From Paracoccus suum (lineage in GTDB: Bacteria; Pseudomonadota; Alphaproteobacteria; Rhodobacterales; Rhodobacteraceae): a stretch of DNA of 32,000 nt. Shown here in pieces: positions 1 through 8,426 of the stretch (within the stretch, counting starts at the first letter, position 1; every line of letters starts with the position of its first letter). Under the pieces are notes generated by a model. That model was not told the DNA's origin, ran no database searches, and saw only the letters and a list, made by a program, of their open reading frames with translations. A program made the position numbers and the translations under genes. Location: contig NZ_CP030918.1 of the NCBI RefSeq assembly GCF_003324675.1, positions 2,160,001 to 2,192,000 on the forward strand. The letters run 5' to 3'.

Positions 1-1
1 G

Positions 2-2164
2 CTCGATGCGTTCACGGCAACGAGCACGCATTTCCCAAATGCCGTTTGCGCGGTGCCCGTGTGCGGGCAGTCCCGCTGGTCGAAGGTTACCGGCTTCACG
101 CCGGCGGAGAGCGGCATAAACTATAACCAGCCGGGCGTTATTCTGCGGTCACGCGCGACCGACACATACACGTATCTCTGCCGGAAGGCTGGCTTCCAGG
201 TTGTCTCGGTCGGGAAGTACACCGACGGCCGCCACCAGGCGGCAAACTACAACACGATCGCCTGCGACTATGTCCAAGGCCAGATCAACGACGACCTCGC
301 GGACGGTATTAGCGTCGATTACGGCGGCATCAACGGCACGGTCAGTCTGAACGACCCGACCGACTATGGCGACCTGAAGGTCGTCCTATGGTGGGAAGAT
401 TTCCTGCGCAACTACAGCGGCACGCGCCCTCTCATGGGCTGCATGGGGTTGTTCAGGCCGCATGATGATTACGTCGTCCCGGAGTCCTACTACAATCTCT
501 ACAGCCTCTCGGACTTCACGATCCCTGCCGATCTCACCTCCACCGACTTGTGGTCTTTGCCGCAGGACATCCTGCAATACGAGCTCGGCCGCGCTGCGGC
601 GCCCGGCGGGGTGATTGATCCTGTCACCCAGGCGGACAAGCTCAAGCGAACCGTTTGGGGTTACTTCGCGGCGCTCAGCTTCACGAGCAACAACTTCGGG
701 CGTCTCGTCCAGGCGATCGAGGATATGTGCGCGCGCCGCGGCGATGAGTATGTCATTGAGGTCTGGTCCGATCACGGGTTCCACCTCGGGTCGCACTTCC
801 ATTGGCACAAGCTGACGACGCTCTCGGAGGCGGCAAACCCGCCGGTCTGGTATCGAGCGCCAGGGCAGACCGTAGCGCGCACCGTGCAGCAACCGGTCGG
901 TTGGTACGACATGTTCCAGACAGTGCTGGACTATGCTGGGGTGCCATCCCCCGCGCGTTCTGTCGGCAAGTCGCTGCGGCCGCTGATCGAGGGGGCCAGT
1001 GCCATCGGCGAATGCTACTCCATCACCGAGGTATTCGGCGGCATGTCGGCGCTTCTCGAAAGCGCGGACGACGGGACATATCAGGCCGGTGGAACACGCT
1101 ACCGCGTTGGGGAGTACCTGTCCGGCGAAACGGTGGTTTTCAACGACAGCACAGACTGGCGCAATATCAAGAACATAGCCGGCCAGAACCCGACCCGCAC
1201 GGCGAACCTGCTGAGCCGGCTCCGCGCGATGGCCGAACAAGGGGGGATGCGCTACGCCAACACACCCGCCGGTGCTGCCCGCCGTCGCGCGACCATGCTG
1301 GTCGGTAACGCTGCGCAGCAGCAGCTCAAGGGAAGCGGCGGCGACGACATCGTTTTCTCCCATGACCTGCTCGGCCCCGGCAGCAACCTCGGGGAGGGAT
1401 GGGATATTCTATGGTGGCTTCCGACCGACGGGGTGGAATTTGTCCTGCCTGAAGGCATCGAGGGCGTCACTCGCGCCTCGGAGAATTTTTGGAAGTCAGG
1501 CAGCAGCACCGAGGCTCTGGCGCGCCTGGTCGCCAATTCGGAAGATAACAGCCTGATCATGGGCTGGGGAGCGAGCGCCACTGTGAGCGCCGGCGCGGGG
1601 GATGACTACGTCGAGAATGCCACCAACGTCGACGGCGGCTTCGGCAACGATCACATCGTCACGCAATGGAAGAACGACACTGTGAGCGGTGGCGAGGGAA
1701 ACGACACAATCGACACGTCAGGTGGGCACGATGCGATTTCCGGCGACGGCGGAGACGACGTCGTTTTTGCCGGGGACGGAAATGATACCATTCGCGGCGG
1801 CGCGGGAAATGACAGCCTGCGGGGAGATGCCGGCAACGACAGCATCAGCGGTGGCCCGGGAAATGACACTCTGCTCGGCGGCGCAGGAATGGATACCCTC
1901 GTTGCGGATGGTGGAGCAGATTTGCTGACCGGAGGCACCGAAAACGACACCTTCGTGATCCTGCGAAACGAACAGCAATCCACCATTACAGACTTTGCCG
2001 TCGGGGACATCATCGACCTGTCCGCATGGTCGGGGATCGGCCCTGTCACGGCGGCCAGTTCGGGCAGCGATGTCATGGTCAGCGCCCGCTTGGAGCGCCT
2101 TCTCGTCAAGGCAGCAACCGTCGCCAACGTGAAGGCGGCAATCAGGGGAGTCACCGTCGCATGA
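2..2164 (+). CDS. Sulfatase-fold (alkaline-phosphatase superfamily) protein with C-terminal RTX/hemolysin-type Ca-binding repeats; 5' end runs off the window
   Basis: The frame is open from nt 2 (LDAFTATSTHFPNAVCA precedes the tracked ORF 53..2164). Sulfatase-like blocks are VPVCGQSR (a degenerate C-x-P-x-R) and VWSDHGFHLGSHFHWHKL. About 10 tandem GGxGxD nonapeptides (GGEGNDTID...GGAGNDSLRGDAGNDSISGGPGNDTLLGG) lie at ~nt 1690-1975. Confidence 0.8.
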   Translation, partial: LDAFTATSTHFPNAVCAVPVCGQSRWSKVTGFTPAESGINYNQPGVILRSRATDTYTYLCRKAGFQVVSVGKYTDGRHQAANYNTIACDYVQGQINDDLADGISVDYGGINGTVSLNDPTDYGDLKVVLWWEDFLRNYSGTRPLMGCMGLFRPHDDYVVPESYYNLYSLSDFTIPADLTSTDLWSLPQDILQYELGRAAAPGGVIDPVTQADKLKRTVWGYFAALSFTSNNFGRLVQAIEDMCARRGDEYVIEVWSDHGFHLGSHFHWHKLTTLSEAANPPVWYRAPGQTVARTVQQPVGWYDMFQTVLDYAGVPSPARSVGKSLRPLIEGASAIGECYSITEVFGGMSALLESADDGTYQAGGTRYRVGEYLSGETVVFNDSTDWRNIKNIAGQNPTRTANLLSRLRAMAEQGGMRYANTPAGAARRRATMLVGNAAQQQLKGSGGDDIVFSHDLLGPGSNLGEGWDILWWLPTDGVEFVLPEGIEGVTRASENFWKSGSSTEALARLVANSEDNSLIMGWGASATVSAGAGDDYVENATNVDGGFGNDHIVTQWKNDTVSGGEGNDTIDTSGGHDAISGDGGDDVVFAGDGNDTIRGGAGNDSLRGDAGNDSISGGPGNDTLLGGAGMDTLVADGGADLLTGGTENDTFVILRNEQQSTITDFAVGDIIDLSAWSGIGPVTAASSGSDVMVSARLERLLVKAATVANVKAAIRGVTVA

Positions 2165-2310
2165 CCTATGAAGAGCGCGAGCGGGAAGCCTTGCTAGCGG
2201 GTGCCCGCCGCTACGAGCAGGTGATCGGAGAAGACCCCGCGAGCCGGGATCAGAAGATTGCGGCAATGCGCGAGGCGATCGAGGTCTACCAACTGACCCT
2301 CACGGACTGA
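2161..2310 (+). CDS. Small hypothetical protein (49 aa), start overlaps the RTX gene stop (ATGA)
   Basis: ATG at 2161 overlaps TGA at 2162-2164. About 77% G/C at third codon positions by my count. No recognisable domain (MTYEEREREALLAGARRYEQ...). Confidence 0.35.
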   Translation: MTYEEREREALLAGARRYEQVIGEDPASRDQKIAAMREAIEVYQLTLTD

Positions 2311-2330
2311 GGTCGCACCTCGGAACCGTG

Positions 2331-3305
2331 TCACGCTGGCTCTTCTGTAAGCACCGCTACCACACCGCGCGGGCGCTCATCCGATGTGCTCTCGCGCGGC
2401 GCGAACTGGATAACCTTGCCTTCGCCGGTCCCTATTTTGTTGAAGCCGCGATGCCCCAGGATCGACTTCAGCAGCGTCATCGCGACTGGTTCCTTTGGTT
2501 CAAGTAGTGCGCCCGCGACCCCTGTAGGCGTGATGACGTCGCATTTTCCACCGCCCGGGCTGACAAGGGTGATTGCAGCTATCACCCTTCCGTACCGGGT
2601 GCGCGGATCGAAGGTGACGGTCTGGTTTCCCCTCGTATCCCTATAGCACACGCTTAAAAGACTGTTCGTGAACTCTGACACTGTCCCGCCCGAAAGGTCG
2701 GTTCGCACGCGGGGCAGGTAACCTTTCCGCGCGAACAGGGGCGCGGGCAAGGTGCCAGCCGGCGCAAGACCCTTGGCGATCTGCTCGGCCATCTTCTGGG
2801 CGATCAGCTTGCACACCCGTCCGCCGGGCAAGTAGTGCGACAGATCACGGAAGTCGGACTTGGGCAGCACCGCCACATTGAAGGCGATGTGAGCCTCTTG
2901 CGCGGCGTCGATCGGAGTGACGCCATAGGCCCGGAAAAGATAGTGCAGCGCGGCCCTGTAGGGGGTGATCTCCTGATTGTTCTCGATGTCGCGGGTGGTG
3001 AGGATCACCGGCAAAAAAAGACAGCCCCGATCCCGTGCATGAATGAGTGTCTGCTCGATGACTGACAGGTGCCATTCAACGCCGCGCGTCGGCAGGCTGA
3101 AGGTGTCATTCAGCGCGTATTCCCAGACGACGATGTCGCCTTCGGACAGGTCCGGATAGCTGAGCAGACGGAACAGTCCCATGCTGCAGTTGGCAGCACC
3201 GACCGATCGGTTGACGAACACCGCCTCGGGTAGCAGCGCCTGCAGGTCGCCCAGATAGCCATTCTTAAATACGGTGTTCGACCCACCGACGGCGATGATC
3301 TTCAT
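2331..3305 (-). CDS. SGNH/GDSL-like hydrolase (esterase) with C-terminal beta-rich extension
   Basis: MKIIAVGGSNT (block I-like), EYALND (block III-like) and DLSHY (block V-like). It is the only minus-strand gene in this part of the block and is visibly lower in GC than its neighbours. Confidence 0.6.
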   Translation of the reverse strand: MKIIAVGGSNTVFKNGYLGDLQALLPEAVFVNRSVGAANCSMGLFRLLSYPDLSEGDIVVWEYALNDTFSLPTRGVEWHLSVIEQTLIHARDRGCLFLPVILTTRDIENNQEITPYRAALHYLFRAYGVTPIDAAQEAHIAFNVAVLPKSDFRDLSHYLPGGRVCKLIAQKMAEQIAKGLAPAGTLPAPLFARKGYLPRVRTDLSGGTVSEFTNSLLSVCYRDTRGNQTVTFDPRTRYGRVIAAITLVSPGGGKCDVITPTGVAGALLEPKEPVAMTLLKSILGHRGFNKIGTGEGKVIQFAPRESTSDERPRGVVAVLTEEPA

Positions 3306-3359
3306 TAATCGCGCCCCTGCTTTCTGCGCTCGGCCTGACGCCCTTCATGCACGACACCG

Positions 3360-3385
3360 GCCCCGCCTTCACGGGGCTTTTTCAT
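3360..3385 (+). terminator. GC hairpin + T5 + CAT junction element E1
   Basis: Stem GCCCCG(3360-3365)/CGGGGC(3372-3377), 6-nt loop, TTTTT 3378-3382, then CATATTCGGAGCC leading into the RBS of the 3400 gene. No plus-strand gene lies immediately upstream, so a terminator role here is uncertain. Confidence 0.5.
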
Positions 3386-3399
3386 ATTCGGAGCCGAAG

Positions 3400-3678
3400 A
3401 TGCCCCAAACACTATCCTACCGGAAGGGCGACACGCTGCCCTTGATACTCGACCCGCGCGACGAGGCGGACGCGCAGGTCACCGGCACCATGGAGTTGCG
3501 TTTCACCGTGGCCGGCGCGTGCGTGCCGCTGCCCTGCACCAAGGTCGCGGAGGGCTACAGCGCTGACCTGTCCAGCCTCGATCTGCCGGCGCGGGTTTAC
3601 CCCGTGGGCGTGTGGATGGACCGCGACGGATGGGAGCATGTCGCGGATCTGGTGATCAACGTTCAGGGGGGCTGCTGA
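3400..3678 (+). CDS. Small beta-rich phage structural-type protein, paralog A (92 aa)
   Basis: GGAG RBS at 3390-3393. Paralogous to the 4314..4613 product (YRKGDT/YRLGES near the N-terminus, VTG/LSG, C-termini ...LVINVQGGC vs ...ALNIVEAC). The stop overlaps the next gene start (TGATG). Confidence 0.65.
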   Translation: MPQTLSYRKGDTLPLILDPRDEADAQVTGTMELRFTVAGACVPLPCTKVAEGYSADLSSLDLPARVYPVGVWMDRDGWEHVADLVINVQGGC

Positions 3679-4202
3679 TGACCGCCATTGTTAAATTGCT
3701 CGTCTCCCGCCAGGGGCCGCCCGGTGGCCTGACGCCAGAGGACCGGCAAAGGGTCGACCATGCGGTTGAGGTCGCAGGGACGATCGAGGGGCACATCGCA
3801 GAGGCCACGCAGGCGGCACAGGATGCAGTAGCAGCCCGCGATGCCGCTGCGGGCGCAGTGGGGCAGGTTATCCCTGCGAGGGATGCTGCGGTCGATGCTG
3901 CGGGTCGTGCGGCGCAAGCCGAGGGGGCCGCCGCTGACTGGGCGAGCAGGGCAGAGGCCGCGCCGGCGGCAGTGACTGACGTGGTGCCGCCCCAGTTCTT
4001 CACCATGGCAGATGCGCGCGCGGCAATCCTGCGGGTCGCGAACCGCTTCAACCTCGACATGATCGACCACTACACGCCCACCAAGCTGCTGCTGGACGCG
4101 GGCGACAGCGCGTGGCTGGCAGACGGGCTGCACCCGAACGAGATCGGGCACAAGGCGATGTTCGACCGTATCCGCGCGGCCCTGGACGCAGCCAACCGCT
4201 AA
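3678..4202 (+). CDS. Ala-rich fibre-like protein ending in an SGNH block-V remnant (chimeric or decayed esterase-headed fibre)
   Basis: N-terminal Ala/Asp/Gln-rich helical stretch (HIAEATQAAQDAVAARDAAAGAV...), as in phage fibre shafts. The C-terminus DGLHPNEIGHKAMFDRI matches SGNH block V, but no N-terminal GDS or GxND blocks are present. Confidence 0.55.
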   Translation: MTAIVKLLVSRQGPPGGLTPEDRQRVDHAVEVAGTIEGHIAEATQAAQDAVAARDAAAGAVGQVIPARDAAVDAAGRAAQAEGAAADWASRAEAAPAAVTDVVPPQFFTMADARAAILRVANRFNLDMIDHYTPTKLLLDAGDSAWLADGLHPNEIGHKAMFDRIRAALDAANR

Positions 4203-4244
4203 AGGCCTTCCCGCTTCCCTGATCTTCTCAGTCGCCGCCCTTCG

Positions 4245-4268
4245 CCCGCTTCGAGCGGGATTTTTCAT
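4245..4268 (+). terminator. GC hairpin + T5 + CAT junction element E2
   Basis: CCCGCT(4245-4250) TCG AGCGGG(4254-4259), A, TTTTT(4261-4265), CATGCCCGGAAC. It follows the stop of the 3678..4202 gene. Confidence 0.6.
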
Positions 4269-4313
4269 GCCCGGAACGCGACATGCTCGGCCCGCCGGAT
4301 GAATGAGGCACCC

Positions 4314-4613
4314 ATGCAGACCTACACCTACCGCCTCGGCGAATCCGCCGAACCGATCACCATGCGCCAGGACGACGGCACGCCCTATGACCTCTCCGGC
4401 TGCAGCGTGCAGATCGCCGTCGAGACTGGCCCGACCTGCCTGATCGTCCCGGTCCAGATCCCGGACCCGCTGCTCGGCACGATCATGCCCGATACGGCCG
4501 TGCTCGACACGCTGACGCCGCGGGCGCGTCGCGCGTCCATTCACATCACCTGGTCCGAGGGCTCGAAGGACAGTTCGCCGGATTTCGCCCTCAATATCGT
4601 GGAGGCCTGCTGA
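4314..4613 (+). CDS. Small beta-rich phage structural-type protein, paralog B (99 aa)
   Basis: GAGG RBS at 4305-4308, which I prefer over the tracked ATG at 4299. Paralog of the 3400..3678 product. The stop overlaps the next start (TGATG). Confidence 0.65.
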   Translation: MQTYTYRLGESAEPITMRQDDGTPYDLSGCSVQIAVETGPTCLIVPVQIPDPLLGTIMPDTAVLDTLTPRARRASIHITWSEGSKDSSPDFALNIVEAC

Positions 4614-6535
4614 TGATCCTCAACTTCGGCACGCAGGCCCGGCCGGCCGGCCTCTCGACGCTCGAACAGGTGATGCAGATCCGGGACCAGGCTGTCGCGG
4701 CCGCCAAGACCGCAGCAGATGATGCGGTGGCGGACGTCGGACGCCGCGCGGATGATGCGGTCACGGCAGCTGAGCAAGCGAGCAGGGACGCGGCCGAGGC
4801 GTCCCAAAGGATCGTAGATGCGGCGGCAACAGCGGGGTCAGGTATCAGCTCTGCGTCGCTCAGCCCAAGCACTCGTGCCTTGACGCTTAACCGGCCGCTT
4901 ATGCCCTCCGTCGTGGTGCCGTTGGAGCCAGAGTTCCGCGGCTTCACCGCGACGGAATACGCCACAAGGGATGAAGCGCTGGCAGCGAAACCACCGACGA
5001 AGGCAAAATTCCTCTGGGTGAACGGCCTTCTGTATCAGCGGGACTCGTCCGGCGCGGCCTTGCAGGTGGCAGACGGGACAAAGTGGTCCCCTGCGATTAA
5101 CTGCACGCCGATGCACTTCGGTGCTGTCGGCGACGGAGTGGCTGACGACACAGTTCCCATCGAGAAGGCCCTAGAGTGGATGGGCGCGGCAGACGGTCGT
5201 CCACAGTTGCTGGACGGCCTGAACAAGTTCTACGCTCTCTCCAGGACGATCGCGCCGACGGGCTTCCGGGAGCGATCCTTTCGGTTCGCCAATATCAAGC
5301 CGCACAGCACCTGGGTTTCCCGCTGGCCCGGCGATGGTAACAGCATCTGGCCGATCTCGGGTCCCAATGGCATCGTCGCCGCCTTCGGCTCCGTGCTTAA
5401 GCCCGGCGAGATCGCATCCCCTAAGCCGGAAGACTATGCCACCTATCCCTTCTTCTACCTCGGTGTCGGCCTGGGCGGCTTCACGCTGGACACGATTTCC
5501 TTCGATGGCCGCGATGCCAACAAGCAGCCCGCCGCAGATTTCGTGCTGTATCACGGCGGCTCCAACACGCTCAGCCGCCTGAAAGGACGCGGTTGCGCAA
5601 ACTTTGGCGTCTGGGTCGCGGGAGGCACAGACGGCGCGGCGCAGGACCTGAAGATTTCTCAGTGGAACCTGACCGACGTCGAGAACGGCCAGCATGCCAA
5701 ACGTACGGCCGCCGCCCTCGTTCTCGGCACCGGTGACATCACCTGGCGCAACAACATCGGCCGCTACTGCAAATACCCGCTGGTCGTCTACGGTACCGGG
5801 GCGAGCCAGCTGATCGGCGACCACTATTATAACGGCGCCCGCGACGGCGATGTTCTGACCACGGGAAAGACCTATGGCCGACTGGTCTATAAGGGCGCCT
5901 TCCCGGTGTTTTCTGACTGCTACACGGACAAGTGCATCTCGCGCTTTGAAGAGCCGCGGGTCCAGGACAGAAATACCCGCCACCTGACCTCCGGCGCGGC
6001 AATCAACGATCCGTTCTATTACGAGCTGGTGCCCCGGGCCCCAAACACGAAGCTCAACGGCCTCATGATCGTCAACGGGGATTTTCAGGGGACGAAGACG
6101 GGCAACAGCGACAGCCTACTGCCGGGCGACTTCTTCCGCATCGATGCCTGGGGCTCCCACAACTACTTTGTCGGCCCAGCGCAGATGGTGGTCGCGGATA
6201 ACGTCTACCACGTCGGAACGAATGCTGGAGTGAGCGTGCCATCGACCCGAGGCACAGTTGTCCAACGGGTTCTTCCCACTACCTGGGCTGCGTCGAGCGG
6301 TGCGTACAAGAGCGGGATCGTTGAACTGGCCGACCGTCTGTTCCTTCCGAACGCGCTCGACTACAGCATCGTCTATTCCGTGAGCGCATCCTCGACACAG
6401 GCCTCGGCACCCTACGCTTTGCCCAACATCCGAATGCAGCGGCTCGGACGAACCCAGGTGCAGTTCTGGTGCGACACCAACCCGGACGTGCATATCAACA
6501 TCATGTGGCACTCGGTGGGGCAGTCATTGTCCTGA
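4613..6535 (+). CDS. Tailspike/fibre protein: Ala-rich N-terminal shaft + pectate-lyase-superfamily (right-handed beta-helix) depolymerase domain
   Basis: N-terminus QAVAAAKTAADDAVADVGRRADDAVTAAEQASRDAAEA. The motif NCTPMHFGAVGDGVADDTVPIEKALEW matches the 'F-GA-GDG-DDT-A-' start of pectate_lyase_3/tailspike domains. Confidence 0.8.
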   Translation: MILNFGTQARPAGLSTLEQVMQIRDQAVAAAKTAADDAVADVGRRADDAVTAAEQASRDAAEASQRIVDAAATAGSGISSASLSPSTRALTLNRPLMPSVVVPLEPEFRGFTATEYATRDEALAAKPPTKAKFLWVNGLLYQRDSSGAALQVADGTKWSPAINCTPMHFGAVGDGVADDTVPIEKALEWMGAADGRPQLLDGLNKFYALSRTIAPTGFRERSFRFANIKPHSTWVSRWPGDGNSIWPISGPNGIVAAFGSVLKPGEIASPKPEDYATYPFFYLGVGLGGFTLDTISFDGRDANKQPAADFVLYHGGSNTLSRLKGRGCANFGVWVAGGTDGAAQDLKISQWNLTDVENGQHAKRTAAALVLGTGDITWRNNIGRYCKYPLVVYGTGASQLIGDHYYNGARDGDVLTTGKTYGRLVYKGAFPVFSDCYTDKCISRFEEPRVQDRNTRHLTSGAAINDPFYYELVPRAPNTKLNGLMIVNGDFQGTKTGNSDSLLPGDFFRIDAWGSHNYFVGPAQMVVADNVYHVGTNAGVSVPSTRGTVVQRVLPTTWAASSGAYKSGIVELADRLFLPNALDYSIVYSVSASSTQASAPYALPNIRMQRLGRTQVQFWCDTNPDVHINIMWHSVGQSLS

Positions 6536-6749
6536 GGAGGAATAGGGCTGTCCATGCCGCGGCGGGACCTTCGAGACCTCGCGCCCTCTGACCCAAGTCC
6601 GGGGTGGGCGCAAACCGGCGCCTCCAAGGCGATGTCACTTGGCGCAGGGCTCCTGGCTCACTATAGGGTCGAGGCGTCGTATCGCAGGCGCGTAGCGCTA
6701 ACGGTATGCTGCGCACCTGATAGATTTTATGTCGCCGTCTGGAGCGGGC

Positions 6750-7769
6750 ATGAAGAAACTCATTTTGCACATCGGCCAGTACAAGACTGGCAGCACTTCG
6801 ATTCAGAAGACGCTCGATCATAATCGTGCCCGTTTGATCGATCACGGCATCCTTTATCCCGAAACTGGTTGCCGCAAGTGGCAGCACGGAGCGCTGATAA
6901 GGGGCCTCAAGAATGAGTTTCACAAGGACCTGCCGGGTTCGTTCGACTCTGCGCCGTTACTGGAGGAAATCGGAACCTCGGGCTGCAAGCACGTGATCAT
7001 CAGTTGCGAAGGGATCTCGGGCGGTCGCATCACGCACATGGACCCGCCGTTGGTCGAACATTTGCTCCGCCGCTTGGGCGATTTAACCGAAGGCTGGGAC
7101 ACCACGGTTGTGTGGTACTATCGGCGCCAGGACGATGCGATCGAAAGCCGTATTATTCAGACCGTGAAGGGCAAGATCGCGGTGTCTCGGCCCGACCCCG
7201 AGAGTTATATGAAACTCGGCGAAGCGCTGGACTATTCGTTCTTTCAATCGGTTGTGCAAAGGGCGCTGCCACAAGCAAAAATTGTGCCGCGGTGTTTTTC
7301 GCGAGCATTGCTGGCGGAAGGCGATGTCGTGCGCGATTTCTGCAATATCGCGGGCATCGGCGAAGCGCTAGGCCCCGAGCACATCATCGAGGGTAATGTT
7401 AGCCCGACAGCTTCCAGTGTTGGCCTGCAACTGGCACTGAACCTGCTGATAGGGGCCGGTTACAATGTCGACCCGATCATTCGCAACATCCGCCGCATGG
7501 GCAACCAAGAGGTCGGAGAGAAGGCAAGCGTCTTTGGTCCGGAAACGCGCCGGGAGATCATGGAGTTCTTCGCTGAGAGCAACGCCAAGTTCATCAAAGA
7601 ACACGTCCCCGCAGAAGACCGGGAAAAGGTCGCCGCGCACTTCAGCACGCCCGTCAGCCAGCGGCCGAAAAATGTCACCGTTAGCGCTGAAGTGCTGGCG
7701 CGCGCACTTATGCAAGCTGGCGCGGCGATCACATTCGATACCGTCAAGACGCGGCGTGCGCCTCAATGA
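6750..7769 (+). CDS. PAPS-dependent sulfotransferase-like protein
   Basis: GGAG RBS at 6741-6744. MKKLILHIGQYKTGSTSIQ carries a 5'-PSB-type K-T-G-S-T loop, and YYRRQDDAIESR fits the 3'-PB R...S motif. A 60-nt spot count gives ~50% G+C, well below neighbouring genes. Confidence 0.6.
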   Translation: MKKLILHIGQYKTGSTSIQKTLDHNRARLIDHGILYPETGCRKWQHGALIRGLKNEFHKDLPGSFDSAPLLEEIGTSGCKHVIISCEGISGGRITHMDPPLVEHLLRRLGDLTEGWDTTVVWYYRRQDDAIESRIIQTVKGKIAVSRPDPESYMKLGEALDYSFFQSVVQRALPQAKIVPRCFSRALLAEGDVVRDFCNIAGIGEALGPEHIIEGNVSPTASSVGLQLALNLLIGAGYNVDPIIRNIRRMGNQEVGEKASVFGPETRREIMEFFAESNAKFIKEHVPAEDREKVAAHFSTPVSQRPKNVTVSAEVLARALMQAGAAITFDTVKTRRAPQ

Positions 7770-7853
7770 GGTCAATATAGAATGAAGTTTAAATGGCCGC
7801 GAACCAGCTAGCACCTGGCGCCGTCTCAAGATCCTTAGTGGCCAATTCTAAAG

Positions 7854-7890
7854 AAACCCGCCCCGTTTTCAGGAGGCGGGTTTCGCATTT
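7854..7890 (+). terminator. Hairpin element E4 (9-bp stem) followed by TTTCGCATTT
   Basis: AAACCCGCC(7854-7862) pairs with GGCGGGTTT(7875-7883) across a 12-nt loop. It lies downstream of the sulfotransferase stop and upstream of a strong SD at 7923-7930. Confidence 0.45.
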
Positions 7891-7933
7891 GAGGTCGGCG
7901 GGCCGAGATCGCCCCTGCCGCGAAGGAGGAAGC

Positions 7934-7990
7934 ATGACCAACATCGAGAACAAGATCACGCTCGACAACATGCTGACCGGCCATGCTTAG
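7934..7990 (+). CDS. 18-aa peptide (MTNIENKITLDNMLTGHA) with near-perfect Shine-Dalgarno, overlapping the next gene
   Basis: AAGGAGGA lies 4 nt upstream of the ATG. 15 of 17 third positions are G/C. Its last 8 nt overlap the ATG (7983) of the 4-TM protein. Confidence 0.5.
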   Translation: MTNIENKITLDNMLTGHA

Positions 7991-8426
7991 CCGCATCCGC
8001 TGGTTCACCAAATTCCCCGAGCGCAAGCTGGAGTTCGGCCTTGCGTTCTACACGCTCGGGCTCGGGCTCTGGCTGGCCCGGCCCGGCCTTTCCTTCAGCG
8101 GCAGTGCCGGCTTCTCCGGCGTCACCAGCATCATGCGAGAGGATTATTGGGCGGCGCTGTTCATCTGCGTCGGCAGCCTCCATGCCTACGCGCTGCACAT
8201 CAACGGCCGGGCGGCGTGGACGCCCTTCGCCCGGCTCGTCGCGCTGTTCGTGAACGGCCTGGTCCTGTTCAACCTTGCCTTCGGCTTCTGGCTCTACACG
8301 CCCCTTTCCTCGGGGGTCTACACCTACGGCTTCATGGCGTTCGGGTTCTGCGGGATGGCGATCTACGCCGCAGCCAAGGATTGCGGCCGGGAAATTGCGA
8401 TCTGGCGGAGCCGCGTGAATGGATAA
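7983..8426 (+). CDS. Four-TM small membrane protein (putative holin-class protein)
   Basis: Four hydrophobic segments (FGLAFYTLGLGLWLA; YWAALFICVGSLHAYALHI; LVALFVNGLVLFNLAFGFWLY; VYTYGFMAFGFCGMAIYAAA). It sits in the lysis region upstream of the endolysin. The functional call is an inference. Confidence 0.5.
   Translation: MLSRIRWFTKFPERKLEFGLAFYTLGLGLWLARPGLSFSGSAGFSGVTSIMREDYWAALFICVGSLHAYALHINGRAAWTPFARLVALFVNGLVLFNLAFGFWLYTPLSSGVYTYGFMAFGFCGMAIYAAAKDCGREIAIWRSRVNG

Noticed and set aside
3306-3385. Minus-strand mini-ORFs starting at the CAT of the junction elements: MKKPREGGAGVVHEGRQAERRKQGRD, ending TAATG at the SGNH start, plus MKNPARSG..., MKKPAGQGGQH and MRNPPPENG....
   Set aside because: The shared MK(K/N)P start is just the reverse complement of T5-CAT plus the GC stem. 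Lengths and sequences beyond it are unrelated and no RBS is present. Only the first one, which is stop/start-coupled to the SGNH gene, might deserve a ribosome-profiling look.
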